From assembly GCA_017444065.1 (NCBI GenBank), contig JAFSXJ010000018.1, forward strand, positions 1,778 to 65,777: DNA of 64,000 bases, in the 5' to 3' direction. Both the position numbers and the translations under genes were made by a program. The DNA comes from Paludibacteraceae bacterium (GTDB lineage Bacteria; Bacteroidota; Bacteroidia; Bacteroidales; Paludibacteraceae). The notes beneath the pieces were generated by a model. That model saw only the letters and a list, made by a program, of their open reading frames with translations. It did no database searches and was not told where the DNA came from. Of this stretch, positions 9,401 through 19,974 are shown one piece after another; position 1 is the first letter of the stretch, and each line of letters starts with the position of its first letter.

Positions 9401-12400
9401 TTACTTAACCACGAGCTTAGCGTGATATTCGCCCTTGCTGTCGGTCAGACGGACGAGGTAGATACCTGCAGCCGGCATGCCCGGGAGGACAACCTGACCG
9501 GTGGTGAACTGCTGCTTGTAAGCCACAGCACCCGTAGCGGTGATCACCTCAACCTCAGCATTGCTGAACTGACCGAGTACGCGTACATTCTCACCTACGC
9601 CAACCGGGTTCGGCGTCACAGCGAGGGTGTTCGCAAAGATGTCATCAACACCGTCTGCGTTATCCACGTTGATAACCACCGTTGCCTCACCGCAACCGAG
9701 GGTAATGCTACGTGTGTAAACGCCGCGCTCTGTACCCTGCGGCAACAACTCGATACCATTGAGGACGTACGGCAACCTGTCAGAAGCGATGGTGTCGTAA
9801 ATCTCAAAGGTCTGAGCCTCGGTCGGTTGAGCTACCATCAAGTGGAGCGTTACAATCGAGTCGCAGCCATAGACGGTCTTCTGCTCCGACGGATAATCAC
9901 CCGCCTTCGACAGACCGGCGAATACGCCGCTGTTATATACCTCACCCTGGCAGATAGTTCCGCGGATGATAGTACTTACATTCGGCACATTCTTAATCTC
10001 TACCGCTATAACGCTATCGCATCCCATAGCATTCTGGATGGTGTCGGTGTAAACACCGGCCTCCTTCAGTTCAGGATACTTAGCCGAGAAGTTGTATGTA
10101 GCACCCGGGCAGAGGAATACTTCCTCAGTCTCACCTACCAGAATCGGAGCTACCGTCAGGTAAAGTGTTACTATACTGTCACAACCATTCGACGCCGCGC
10201 CATAGAGCGTATCGGTCTTGATGGTGTTGGTGTAATACTTCTTGTCATTGAACTCGAAGTACGAACCTTGACAGATGGTCTTCTCAACAATCTCACGTTG
10301 CTTAGCAAGCACGGTAAGTGTGAGCGTAGCAACCGAGTCGCACGTGTTGGTTCCTTGGAGTTTGCGACGATATACACCGCTCTTCGGCTGCGAAATCTCG
10401 AAGTCATTGAGCATGTATGTCTCGCCCTCACACAAGGACTCCTCAAACGTTGTCTCAGTCATACCGGTTACGGTCAACTCCATACGAGCGAGCTTATCCT
10501 TCTCGTCATCCTTGGTTGCCTGAGTGAACTTCTCATATAGGGTTGTCTTCCCAACCTTGAGGTTCTTAGCATCAATAGTGAAGTTGTCATCCTCATACTC
10601 AGTCCACTCGCAGACGGATTCAGCATACTCAGCTTTGGTGTAATAGTTGAGTTGTACATTATCCAAATACAAGTAACCGTTAACCGTGGTGTGATATACA
10701 TCCGTACCGAACATGATGCGGATAACTTGACCGTTGTACTTGCTCATGTCAATCGACCAGCGAGTACCCTTCTTCAAGTTCGAGATAGCACTGAACGGAT
10801 AATCACAACCGGCAGTCGTACCCCAAACGGTGCGATTCTCCTCCGGATAGGTCAGACCTCCATCGGTTGAAACAAGTACCATGAAGAATACACTATCCTC
10901 TTGAGCCAACGCCTTGTTGGGAATCGTCATGTCGAACGACAGAGCAATACTATCAGCCGAAGCGACATCACTCAGGTCAATCTGCGGCGTAGCCAGCCAA
11001 CGTTTCCAACTACCCATCAGATAAGATGACATATACGGACCGTACATATTATCGTCATCAGGACTGGACTTGCGCTCCCAACTATTGGTGTTAGTTGCAC
11101 GCATGTCGGCATAGTTGTACAACGACCAGTTAGCCGGTACTGTACGTTGCGCGCTGAATTGCTCCGTGAAGCGGATTGTGTAAAGCGTCGTGAACGACTT
11201 CTCTGCAAACTCCGACTCTTGTTGCTCAGAGCAGATGTGCTTAACGCGTACGAAGTACTCAGTAGCAGGCTTGAGATCCGTCAAGGTCTGCGAGAGAGCC
11301 TGAATGGTATCAGAGAATACCACCTTCGTTGTATCTTCAAAGTCCTTATCCGTACTTACCTCAACAAAGAAGTTCTCCACGCCTTTCGGGATAGTCCAGT
11401 TAACCGTGGCCGAAGTCTTAGTGATTTCGTTTACGGTAATGGAACTTATCTCCGTACAAGTCTCTGCATCGATGATTGAGAGTTCATCAATATAGAAGTA
11501 ACTTGCAGCTGCCGGCTTCGGGGCCAAGAAGGCAATAAACTCACCACCCTTGTAGTTCTTGAGATCAAGGATGTACTCTTGCCAATAATAGTTATTGGCC
11601 TCGCAGGAATCCTTAGACAGATTACTCTCCTTCAAGACAGGCCATACGTGGTCGTACGTAATCGTATCGACAGGCACGAAGGTCTCCAGATTGTTCGGAT
11701 CGCTCATCGTACCAACAACCAACTCACGCAGATAACCGTTATTGACGGCGTTCAAGAACGTCTTGTTGGTACTATTGAACGTCTTATTGAACCTTGCGGC
11801 ACGGCCATAGAAATGAAGGATTGTACTATCACGGTTGACATCAAGCGGTGGCAATACGGCGTATGCATTGTAGTTCGATGTAGAGGTATAGAACTGCAAA
11901 GCACGATCGCTGGTTGTCATAGTTTCTTCTTTTGCCAGGATAACAGAAGCTGTATTTGCAGCAGCCTGCGGGAAGTACGAATATGAGGTACCTGCACCAA
12001 GAACTGAAATCCAGCATTCAGGAATCTTAATTGTAGAAGTACCGGCTTTTTGGTCAACCAACTTATCCGAGAAGCTCCATGTTGCATGCTCCTTGTCGTA
12101 CGGATCACAATCGGTTGTGAACTCAACTGAAACCTCTGCACTCTCTTCTGATTCGCTACATACTTTCTTTACTTTGAAGATATAGGAAGTATTAGCGAGA
12201 AGCGTATCATTACTGTACGCACGCTCAGTAACGGTGTCACGGATAACTTGCGCCTCGTTCTTTGTTGTCGAGAGCAAGATTGCCCATTCACCCTCACCGA
12301 GTTGCCACGAGAACTTTGCGGCATGTGCACCAAGCGAATCCAATTCTAGACGGTTAGGCGTATGACATACGCTACCAGCCTCGCGGAAGTCGATTTGGTC

Positions 12401-15400
12401 AATCCAAACATTATTGGAGTTGCCATACTCAGACAAGAATGTGATGTATTTGCCTTCGCCGATGCCCTTCAGAGGAACAGAGATCTCATTCCAGAACTCA
12501 TTTCCGGAAGCATCTTCCGAAGCTTTAGCTGTTGAGCTACTGAGAGCAGGTAACTGAATGTCAGCCAATTCAATGAAAGTCTCAATCTTATCCGGATCAG
12601 TAACATAACCTACCTTAATAGCACGTGGATAGGCAGCTGTAGCATACGTACCGCTGGTGGCTGCACTCGAGGAAATAGTCAGAGCACATAAGCGAGCCCA
12701 GAAGTGCAATTCCTTGTCTTCGAGATTACCGTTAATCTGAGGCATGATTGCATACGCGCCATCGCTGTTGTTCGTCGATGACACGAACGACTGGATATAC
12801 AACGCACCATTACGAGCTACTTTCTGTCGGCCATAAGAAGTTGTAACAGCCAAGGTTGTAGTATTGACAGCATTGAACTGCAATTTAGGAATGTAAGATG
12901 CAGATGTAGCATACTTGCTGCCTACCGTCCAGCCAAGCGGCAGGAGGTTACCGGTCGTTTGCGAAACGTAGTTATTCTGCCTATCAAAGTCCCAGGAAGC
13001 ATCAGCAAGATCTACAACATAACGTGTAGCGAGGATAGTTCCAGCAGACCAGTTGGAGGTCTTACCGGCACCATCATTGGCGCGCACGTAGAAGTCATAT
13101 TGCTTGTTGCTGTCGAGACCGGTAATCTCCAGCGTATCTTTGTCGGTAGTAACAATCGTTACATCTGCCAAAGCGCCACCGGCTTCGATATATCCTACAT
13201 CAACCTTCGGAGCATTGAAGCGGTTCGTCCATGTAACAGTGATGGAGTTCTTCGACGAAGCGACACCTTTCACTGCATTCGGAGCATACAAACCAACAGC
13301 TTTCTCGACATAGAGGTTGTCAATGTTCATATAGCTGGAAGCGGATGCATACGGATACAAGATAGCAATATACTTGCCTTGTGCCCCCTTCATCGGCACG
13401 GAAATCTCCTCCCACCAATCATTGCCACGCGGGTCTTCATCAGTAAAGATAGTATCCTTTGCAGAGAGAACCGGTGCCAATTCAAAAGCATCAATCAGTT
13501 GGAAACTATTAATATCCGTCGGATTGCTTACTGTACCTATTTGGATAACACGTTGGTTCGTAACTTTCTGATAACGTGTAGATGGATCACCTGTTGTGGT
13601 TACGCCTGTCGGCTGGAAGTTCGGAATTTGTTTATCTTTTGTTCCTATACCGGACGTCATCATACGAGCTTGGAAACGAATCTGAACGGTATCCAGATCT
13701 ACCGGTGCATTAGCTATATTATCATATAAAACAGGTAATACTACAAATGCGCTATCGTTAGCAGCACTATAAGCTTGCATATACAACGCACGCGTGTGAC
13801 TAGCATCATGATCGTACGAGTAAGCATATACTGCGGTAGCTGCAGTCGGGTCTTGACGCACATACGGGTAATACGATGCACCTGTTCCCTTACCCAGACC
13901 GGAAATCCAGCCTTCGTGAATCTTATAGCTGGTACTATTACCCGGCGTCATCTCAGTCGGTTCAGCCTCGAAGTCAGTGAAGAACGGATAAACAGCCGTA
14001 TTGAGGGTCTTCATGGTAAGCGGACCTACCCAGAAGCTGACATCGCCGTTACCACAGTTGGCACGCACGTAGAGGTCATATTCCGTCTTGGGCTGCAAAC
14101 CTCCCACCAGTGCAGTGGTCTTATCAACCGTGGCAGCAGGAATAGTATTCGCGTCCGGCACTTCGCCCTTCGTCATAGCCACTACATCCCAGTTGGACGC
14201 AATCGTATCCGTCCATGAGAAGCCAAGTGAGTTCAGTTCGCGTGCAGCAGCAACAAGTGCCTCTGGCTTCTTACATGTAGCATCCGGCTCTACCGACATA
14301 TTGTCGATATAGAAACCGTACTTGGTTGTATTCGAGTAAGTAGTGTAACTAGAATTAGCTCTTAATACGATATACTGCTCTCCGTTGACTGCTTCTGACA
14401 ACTTACGCTGATATTGTTTCCAGGTATTGTTTGCACTAGAAGTAATTTTTTCTACGACTTCATCTACCCAAATAACAGTATTGAGTATTGAATCTAAATT
14501 CTCAGCATTGGAAGCAACACCTATTCTCAAGGTATCAACGTACGTAGAGCTATACGTATAATGCTTGTAGTCGAAAGCAAGGATAGCATTCGAAAGGTCA
14601 GCATCAAAGCGCGGAAGAACAGTATAAGATGCGACCGTCTTCGAGCCACCGATATACAAGCCACCTACACCGTCCTTCTTGGCAGAGTTATACACGGTCG
14701 GAGTTATACAATCCGCACCTACCGTACCATCGCTACCGAATGCGCCCCAACATTGAGGAGTATTCTTGTAACTCGTAGAAGACGAGCCCTTGTCAAAGTT
14801 CTCACTCCATGGCAATTTCTGCGAAGGCGGACACTCCGTCGTGAACTGACGCCAGTTAGACCACGGGCTGTAGTTCTCGCCATACTTTGCACGAACCTTT
14901 ACATAGTAGGTCTTAAGCATAACGAGGTTACTCATTAGTACAGAATCAGCATTGACTGCTATCGGAGTTGCAGATGCGAGCGAAGTCAGTTTATCAGAAT
15001 ATGCATACTCGTAACTATCTGCCTTGGTGTTCTCCCAACGTAACTTGATAGCGTTCTCGCCTATCGAATCAGCCCAGATCTCCAACGGTTCAAGATAAGC
15101 AGAGATGGAATCGAAATAGATGTTGTCCAACTCAATCTTGTTAGAATTCTCACCGGACTCACTGATAAACATAACGAACCGGCCAAAGTCTTCGTTGTAG
15201 TCACCTTCATATTCGTTGAAACGAACAGTATATGCCTCATGGTCATCTGCATCTGCTGCCATCTTGAATTTGATCACATTCAATGGCACAAACGTAGACA
15301 AATCTTCCGGATTGGTAATAATACCTACCGTTACCTCATTGAGAGGATACGAAGCCGTGCTGTTCCATGCATCGAAAGTAACTTGCAGATATTGGAGACT

Positions 15401-18400
15401 ATCAATATTCAACTGAGGAGCAATAGTGTATGCACCATCAGTAGAAGCTGAACTATTGATAAGCTGTATGTGCCCGTTCAGGATGTTGTGTGTACCGGAT
15501 CCCTTGCGATCACCGAATTTCCAGCAGCCATCATCTGAGCCGGAGAAGCTCTCAGCTTTGTCTCCATTGCTACCGAAGCTATCAATATCACGAGCAGTAC
15601 AGATGGTCTTGAAGCCAAGTGGTGCAGACCATTCGCCATATACATCTTCTCCACATACGGCACGGAGATATACATAATATTGAACATTAGCCTCTATAGC
15701 AGCATCAGCAAGCTCAAATGGGTTAACCTCAATCAAGCTATCCAATACGATGCTCTCATCATGTGCAGCCAGCTGTCCTGCGGTTAGATTATTCTTCGTA
15801 GAAACCACAAACTGCCATTTCGCTGCATCTTTCTTATACCATGAGAATGTAGCGCCATTATGCTTAATGTCCTTTACCTTGATATTGAATACTTTCTCGC
15901 AATCAGGCAACTCTTTTACTTCTACATCATCAATCATGTAGTAGTGATTTGTAACCGGTTTGTAGAAGGCCAAATAGTTACCTTGACCTGCATACGAGGA
16001 GAGGTTTACAATATGCTCCTTATAGTCCATACCGGTCACCGTAAAGGTATAAACCGTATCGAAGGTTGCTATGTCATTTGGATCAGACATGACACCGACG
16101 TACAAAGTATCATCCACATACGAACTGATACCGCGGATATAGAACGACATCTGAAGCAATTTCAAGTCTTTCTCCAAACGTGGGAGTGCGGCATACATCG
16201 AGTCTTTGATAGAAGAATAACCGAGTTGCAAATAGACGTTTCCGCTATGTGCTGAACTGCTACTATTATATGCATGCGGATAGTAATAGGTGGAACTCGG
16301 TGCAGAGCCACTACCACTTGACGAATACTTCACTTGCGGAATTGTCCAACAATTCGGAGCCTCCGGCAAATTGGTATTTGTCGGAGCATCCTCAAAGCCT
16401 TCCTTATACGGAATCAACTCGAACGGAGCGCACTGCGTCTTAACGGTAAAGATATCCGACGGAGCTTTCTTCGCACCCACTAAGGTTGTGATCTGATACG
16501 TATAAGTCGTATGCGGCTTGAGGTTGTCAATAGTAAACTTATTGGTTTTGACCGTATCGCGGACAAAGAGTGCTTCATTCTCCCAAACCTCCGATATTGC
16601 CACAGCCCACTCGGTCATACCATTGGCATCCCAAGTGATAGTGATGGAACTATCGGCTGCGACAGCCTCCACATTGAGCGGTTTGATGCAATCATCGAGC
16701 GCGCTGATGGTTACGTCATCAATATTACCATAAGCCAATTTACCGGCAATCGTATTCGGACCATCCACCAGACGAATTGCAATATATCGAGCGTCACCCT
16801 TGTAATTCAAAAAGATCACCTCGCCTTTCTTCCATACGCCATCCTGCGCATCGTTATATTCCTTTATGAGTTCAAACGTGGCCGTATCCTGCGGGTCGGT
16901 CATGACACCTACTTGATAATACGGTTGTGAGTAGCCGGAACCCATAGCGTCCTTATAGTAGAACGTGAACATCTTGTTTTGCACACTATCCAACTGCGGG
17001 AATACAGCATACGGGCTGAAACTATTGCGTTTGTTGAGGTGATACGAATAACTACCACCATGCGCATTGGATTCAGTCGAACCATTTCGATAACCGTCTG
17101 CATAGTGGAACACATGCGAGATTATACCATCTACCAAGTATCCCAATGTTCCCGGAGTTTGGCTGGTATAATCCCAAATCTCCTCGTAACTATAGGTCGG
17201 TTTAGTCTCAAAATCCCAGGTCTTAGGCAACGCTGCTGAAGACAACGAGTTTGGCATCATATACTTCTGTGCATACGACCATTCGCTCTTCTCCTCGCCA
17301 TTAACTGCCTGTACGTAAACACGAATCCACTTACCCTCCATGTTGGTAAGTGTTACCAAGGTATCCTTAATTGCAGCAGGGATGTTTTCATACTTAACAA
17401 GGATATTGGCCGGTTTAAGTTTATCTACTTCTTCCGTTTTTACATCCGATACTATGAGATTCCATGATGTAGCATTAATGAGTGAAGGCTCGACTACAAT
17501 AGTAGTAGGAGTAAAATCTTTTACCTTGATATCCACCGGACGAGCAACTTCTTTCAGGGAGCCTATAGTAACTTCGTCCACAAAGAAAAGCAATTGCTCT
17601 TCAAAATCAGCCGCAAAAGCAATATACTTACCATTTCCGGTATATTTATCAAACTTAACGCGGAAGAAATCAAACTTGTACTTATTGATTGCATAGCATG
17701 TATCAACCGGTACAAACGTAGAATAATCCGCTGGGTTATCCATGACGCCGACAATAATACCGGAAGCATAATGCTCGGTAGCACTATACTCTCTGTCATA
17801 AAGATAAGGAGTTCCCCAGAAGTCCACATAGGCATCCTGAATGCGGTCGATATCTATCTCCGGCGAAGCGGCGTATGCATACTCTCCTGCCGGGAGAACC
17901 TTCGCATTAATAGCCGCAGCAAACTCCAATGCAGGAGTAGCGTTAGGGGAATAGTTCTTCCATGATGTTTCCACGCGGTAGTTAGTGAGATACGGAATAG
18001 CCCTCATCGTAACACCGTCACTCTCACGCATACTTGTACCATACGTCCAGTTTGGTGCCTGTGAAGGATTGTCCTTGTTATAAGGTGCATCAAAATGCTC
18101 TACGAAAGGCAACTGGACTTTGTTAAGCGTTTTTATCTCTGCACCGACCCATTGGCCTTCCAAAGCAGGGCAATACGCCTTGACATAAATGTAGTATGAC
18201 GTGTTGATATCCAGATTCTTCAGGGTGTCAACAAAGTCATACACAAATGCATGACGGATGATAGCCGTATCAGCCCAATCCACTTCCTCAACTGAAGTGT
18301 AAAGCTTTTTGGATACGACCACTTCAAACGAGTCGGTATCCAAGCTACCGCCCCATTCGATGATCGCCTCATCACCGGAAAGCGAACGAGCATGGATATC

Positions 18401-18976
18401 TCGTGCATCTTCGCAGACAATGTCCGGACGCACAATGATGTCATCCAGCACGATACCACGGCCGAAACGGTCAGTGCCTTCAAAAGCGATCTGATACGTT
18501 TTGCTGTTGTAGGCATCCAGATAGATGGTATCCGCCTGCCATTTAGTAATCTTCTGGTCATACTCGGCAATCTGCACCCAACGACTATCCGCCGACACGC
18601 GGTAATACACCTTGAGTACATCAACGTCACCAAGACGTTGTTGCTGGGCATGAGAGAAGATAAGCATCGGCTGCACCGTCAGAACCGAAAGGTCCATTGC
18701 CGGCGAGACAAGTTTGGTCACAAAGCCTTGCGTCTGCGATGAGGTGTTACGCAACGCAACGCGACCCTTACCTTCTGCCGCTCCCTGGGGATAAGTCAAC
18801 TCGCCCTGTTCAACTATCCAGTCCTGTGCGCCAAACACAGACTCGGTAGTCCAACCTTCGGGCAATGCTGTACCTTCCTCAAAAGTGGCATGCAGCACAT
18901 AGAGATCTTCTTTGGCTGCAAACGTTGCTAAAGAAATCAACATCATAAGCAACGTTGTGAGTAAAGTTTTCTTCAT
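9401..18976 (-). CDS. giant (3191 aa) modular T9SS-secreted surface protein/adhesin
   Basis: Signal peptide MKKTLLTTLLMMLISLATFA. About nine repeated units, each an FN3-like segment (ending in motifs such as WSAPLGFKTIC, WRQFTTEC, FTVKTQC) plus a ~200-250-aa jelly-roll-like segment (choice-of-anchor-J/MAM-like). Five Cys-containing ~45-50-aa modules fall at about 9647-10444. Type-A-like T9SS CTD: VTPNPVGVGENVRV...GIYLVRLTDSKGEYHAKLVVK. Confidence 0.9.
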   Translation of the reverse strand: MKKTLLTTLLMMLISLATFAAKEDLYVLHATFEEGTALPEGWTTESVFGAQDWIVEQGELTYPQGAAEGKGRVALRNTSSQTQGFVTKLVSPAMDLSVLTVQPMLIFSHAQQQRLGDVDVLKVYYRVSADSRWVQIAEYDQKITKWQADTIYLDAYNSKTYQIAFEGTDRFGRGIVLDDIIVRPDIVCEDARDIHARSLSGDEAIIEWGGSLDTDSFEVVVSKKLYTSVEEVDWADTAIIRHAFVYDFVDTLKNLDINTSYYIYVKAYCPALEGQWVGAEIKTLNKVQLPFVEHFDAPYNKDNPSQAPNWTYGTSMRESDGVTMRAIPYLTNYRVETSWKNYSPNATPALEFAAAINAKVLPAGEYAYAASPEIDIDRIQDAYVDFWGTPYLYDREYSATEHYASGIIVGVMDNPADYSTFVPVDTCYAINKYKFDFFRVKFDKYTGNGKYIAFAADFEEQLLFFVDEVTIGSLKEVARPVDIKVKDFTPTTIVVEPSLINATSWNLIVSDVKTEEVDKLKPANILVKYENIPAAIKDTLVTLTNMEGKWIRVYVQAVNGEEKSEWSYAQKYMMPNSLSSAALPKTWDFETKPTYSYEEIWDYTSQTPGTLGYLVDGIISHVFHYADGYRNGSTESNAHGGSYSYHLNKRNSFSPYAVFPQLDSVQNKMFTFYYKDAMGSGYSQPYYQVGVMTDPQDTATFELIKEYNDAQDGVWKKGEVIFLNYKGDARYIAIRLVDGPNTIAGKLAYGNIDDVTISALDDCIKPLNVEAVAADSSITITWDANGMTEWAVAISEVWENEALFVRDTVKTNKFTIDNLKPHTTYTYQITTLVGAKKAPSDIFTVKTQCAPFELIPYKEGFEDAPTNTNLPEAPNCWTIPQVKYSSSGSGSAPSSTYYYPHAYNSSSSAHSGNVYLQLGYSSIKDSMYAALPRLEKDLKLLQMSFYIRGISSYVDDTLYVGVMSDPNDIATFDTVYTFTVTGMDYKEHIVNLSSYAGQGNYLAFYKPVTNHYYMIDDVEVKELPDCEKVFNIKVKDIKHNGATFSWYKKDAAKWQFVVSTKNNLTAGQLAAHDESIVLDSLIEVNPFELADAAIEANVQYYVYLRAVCGEDVYGEWSAPLGFKTICTARDIDSFGSNGDKAESFSGSDDGCWKFGDRKGSGTHNILNGHIQLINSSASTDGAYTIAPQLNIDSLQYLQVTFDAWNSTASYPLNEVTVGIITNPEDLSTFVPLNVIKFKMAADADDHEAYTVRFNEYEGDYNEDFGRFVMFISESGENSNKIELDNIYFDSISAYLEPLEIWADSIGENAIKLRWENTKADSYEYAYSDKLTSLASATPIAVNADSVLMSNLVMLKTYYVKVRAKYGENYSPWSNWRQFTTECPPSQKLPWSENFDKGSSSTSYKNTPQCWGAFGSDGTVGADCITPTVYNSAKKDGVGGLYIGGSKTVASYTVLPRFDADLSNAILAFDYKHYTYSSTYVDTLRIGVASNAENLDSILNTVIWVDEVVEKITSSANNTWKQYQRKLSEAVNGEQYIVLRANSSYTTYSNTTKYGFYIDNMSVEPDATCKKPEALVAAARELNSLGFSWTDTIASNWDVVAMTKGEVPDANTIPAATVDKTTALVGGLQPKTEYDLYVRANCGNGDVSFWVGPLTMKTLNTAVYPFFTDFEAEPTEMTPGNSTSYKIHEGWISGLGKGTGASYYPYVRQDPTAATAVYAYSYDHDASHTRALYMQAYSAANDSAFVVLPVLYDNIANAPVDLDTVQIRFQARMMTSGIGTKDKQIPNFQPTGVTTTGDPSTRYQKVTNQRVIQIGTVSNPTDINSFQLIDAFELAPVLSAKDTIFTDEDPRGNDWWEEISVPMKGAQGKYIAILYPYASASSYMNIDNLYVEKAVGLYAPNAVKGVASSKNSITVTWTNRFNAPKVDVGYIEAGGALADVTIVTTDKDTLEITGLDSNKQYDFYVRANDGAGKTSNWSAGTILATRYVVDLADASWDFDRQNNYVSQTTGNLLPLGWTVGSKYATSASYIPKLQFNAVNTTTLAVTTSYGRQKVARNGALYIQSFVSSTNNSDGAYAIMPQINGNLEDKELHFWARLCALTISSSAATSGTYATAAYPRAIKVGYVTDPDKIETFIELADIQLPALSSSTAKASEDASGNEFWNEISVPLKGIGEGKYITFLSEYGNSNNVWIDQIDFREAGSVCHTPNRLELDSLGAHAAKFSWQLGEGEWAILLSTTKNEAQVIRDTVTERAYSNDTLLANTSYIFKVKKVCSESEESAEVSVEFTTDCDPYDKEHATWSFSDKLVDQKAGTSTIKIPECWISVLGAGTSYSYFPQAAANTASVILAKEETMTTSDRALQFYTSTSNYNAYAVLPPLDVNRDSTILHFYGRAARFNKTFNSTNKTFLNAVNNGYLRELVVGTMSDPNNLETFVPVDTITYDHVWPVLKESNLSKDSCEANNYYWQEYILDLKNYKGGEFIAFLAPKPAAASYFYIDELSIIDAETCTEISSITVNEITKTSATVNWTIPKGVENFFVEVSTDKDFEDTTKVVFSDTIQALSQTLTDLKPATEYFVRVKHICSEQQESEFAEKSFTTLYTIRFTEQFSAQRTVPANWSLYNYADMRATNTNSWERKSSPDDDNMYGPYMSSYLMGSWKRWLATPQIDLSDVASADSIALSFDMTIPNKALAQEDSVFFMVLVSTDGGLTYPEENRTVWGTTAGCDYPFSAISNLKKGTRWSIDMSKYNGQVIRIMFGTDVYHTTVNGYLYLDNVQLNYYTKAEYAESVCEWTEYEDDNFTIDAKNLKVGKTTLYEKFTQATKDDEKDKLARMELTVTGMTETTFEESLCEGETYMLNDFEISQPKSGVYRRKLQGTNTCDSVATLTLTVLAKQREIVEKTICQGSYFEFNDKKYYTNTIKTDTLYGAASNGCDSIVTLYLTVAPILVGETEEVFLCPGATYNFSAKYPELKEAGVYTDTIQNAMGCDSVIAVEIKNVPNVSTIIRGTICQGEVYNSGVFAGLSKAGDYPSEQKTVYGCDSIVTLHLMVAQPTEAQTFEIYDTIASDRLPYVLNGIELLPQGTERGVYTRSITLGCGEATVVINVDNADGVDDIFANTLAVTPNPVGVGENVRVLGQFSNAEVEVITATGAVAYKQQFTTGQVVLPGMPAAGIYLVRLTDSKGEYHAKLVVK

Positions 18977-19047
18977 ACCTTAAAGATTTAGTTAATAATA
19001 TAATGAACTCCTTTTTGAGTTTTCTATCTGATAGGGCAATCGTCCCA

Positions 19048-19974
19048 TTATTTCCAACACATACAATGCTTCGGCTTGGGCGTAACATCAAATAACACCG
19101 TCAACCTCAGTCCCACACGGATTCGCTGCACCTCAGCATCCGTAAGCGGAGTATCCAGCATACTATTGAAGCGAATATTCTCCTTCACATCCTCCTGAGA
19201 TTGCAAATACGGCGACTTGTTCACTGCCGAGTAATCCACCAACTGTGTAGCATCACGCTCATCGAACTGCGCGAGCGGCAGGTCGTAACCAAAATATACT
19301 CCTGCCCGCATGCGCACTTTCTTGGCGTTAAGTGGTATATTCACGCCGACTTCAGCCTCCAATGCCATCTCATTGGTGGCGGAGCGCATTGTACCGGTTC
19401 CGCTATACTCGTCCTCCGACCAAAAGCCGTAGTACGGTGCGTCACGGAACGGCTCGATGAAACGATCATACTCGCCTTGCACGTACATACGCGTGTGCGT
19501 TCCTATTTCATTCATTAGCGGCTTGATGCGCAGCGAAGCGCCTACGCCTACATACACGTAGTCACCGAACTGATACCCCACCTGTAGAGGAATGAGGAGA
19601 CGCAACTGACGCTGCTGCTCAGCATAATCGCTGTAGTTATATCGGTACACATGCGCTTCGCCCGTACGGTCCACACGCCCGAAGGCGTCTGTATATGTAT
19701 CCAACGCAGTATTGGTCAAAATATAATCAGCACCAAAGCCTACATTGAAGAAGAATCCTCCCGTACGCAATTCGTACATCAGGTGTCCTCCACCGCCTCC
19801 ACCGGCTTTGAGGATGATGTTGTCACTGCCCGGCAGGGCATTCGCCTCAACACCTGTCAGACTCAAACCTACCCAATGTGATACCGTCGCAGACTTATAT
19901 TGGCGCGGTGCAGCCACTGACAATCCTGCCAGCAGCAATGCGAATAGCATTATATATACACGTCTCCTGTTCAT
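19048..19974 (-). CDS. outer-membrane beta-barrel protein, paralogue of the N-terminal half of the 599-aa OmpA-family protein
   Basis: The ORF track gives 19048-20106, but the signal peptide MNRRRVYIMLFALLLAGLSVAAP starts at ATG 19974. That ATG overlaps the upstream stop (ATGA, 19971-19974). Alternating beta-strand pattern and a poly-Gly loop GGGGGG. Confidence 0.7.
   Translation of the reverse strand: MNRRRVYIMLFALLLAGLSVAAPRQYKSATVSHWVGLSLTGVEANALPGSDNIILKAGGGGGGHLMYELRTGGFFFNVGFGADYILTNTALDTYTDAFGRVDRTGEAHVYRYNYSDYAEQQRQLRLLIPLQVGYQFGDYVYVGVGASLRIKPLMNEIGTHTRMYVQGEYDRFIEPFRDAPYYGFWSEDEYSGTGTMRSATNEMALEAEVGVNIPLNAKKVRMRAGVYFGYDLPLAQFDERDATQLVDYSAVNKSPYLQSQEDVKENIRFNSMLDTPLTDAEVQRIRVGLRLTVLFDVTPKPKHCMCWK

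Noticed and set aside
9299-10540. 413-aa plus-strand ORF overlapping the 3' end of the giant gene
   Set aside because: It is antisense to a region that encodes well-formed Cys modules and a T9SS CTD on the minus strand. It has no signal or motif of its own.
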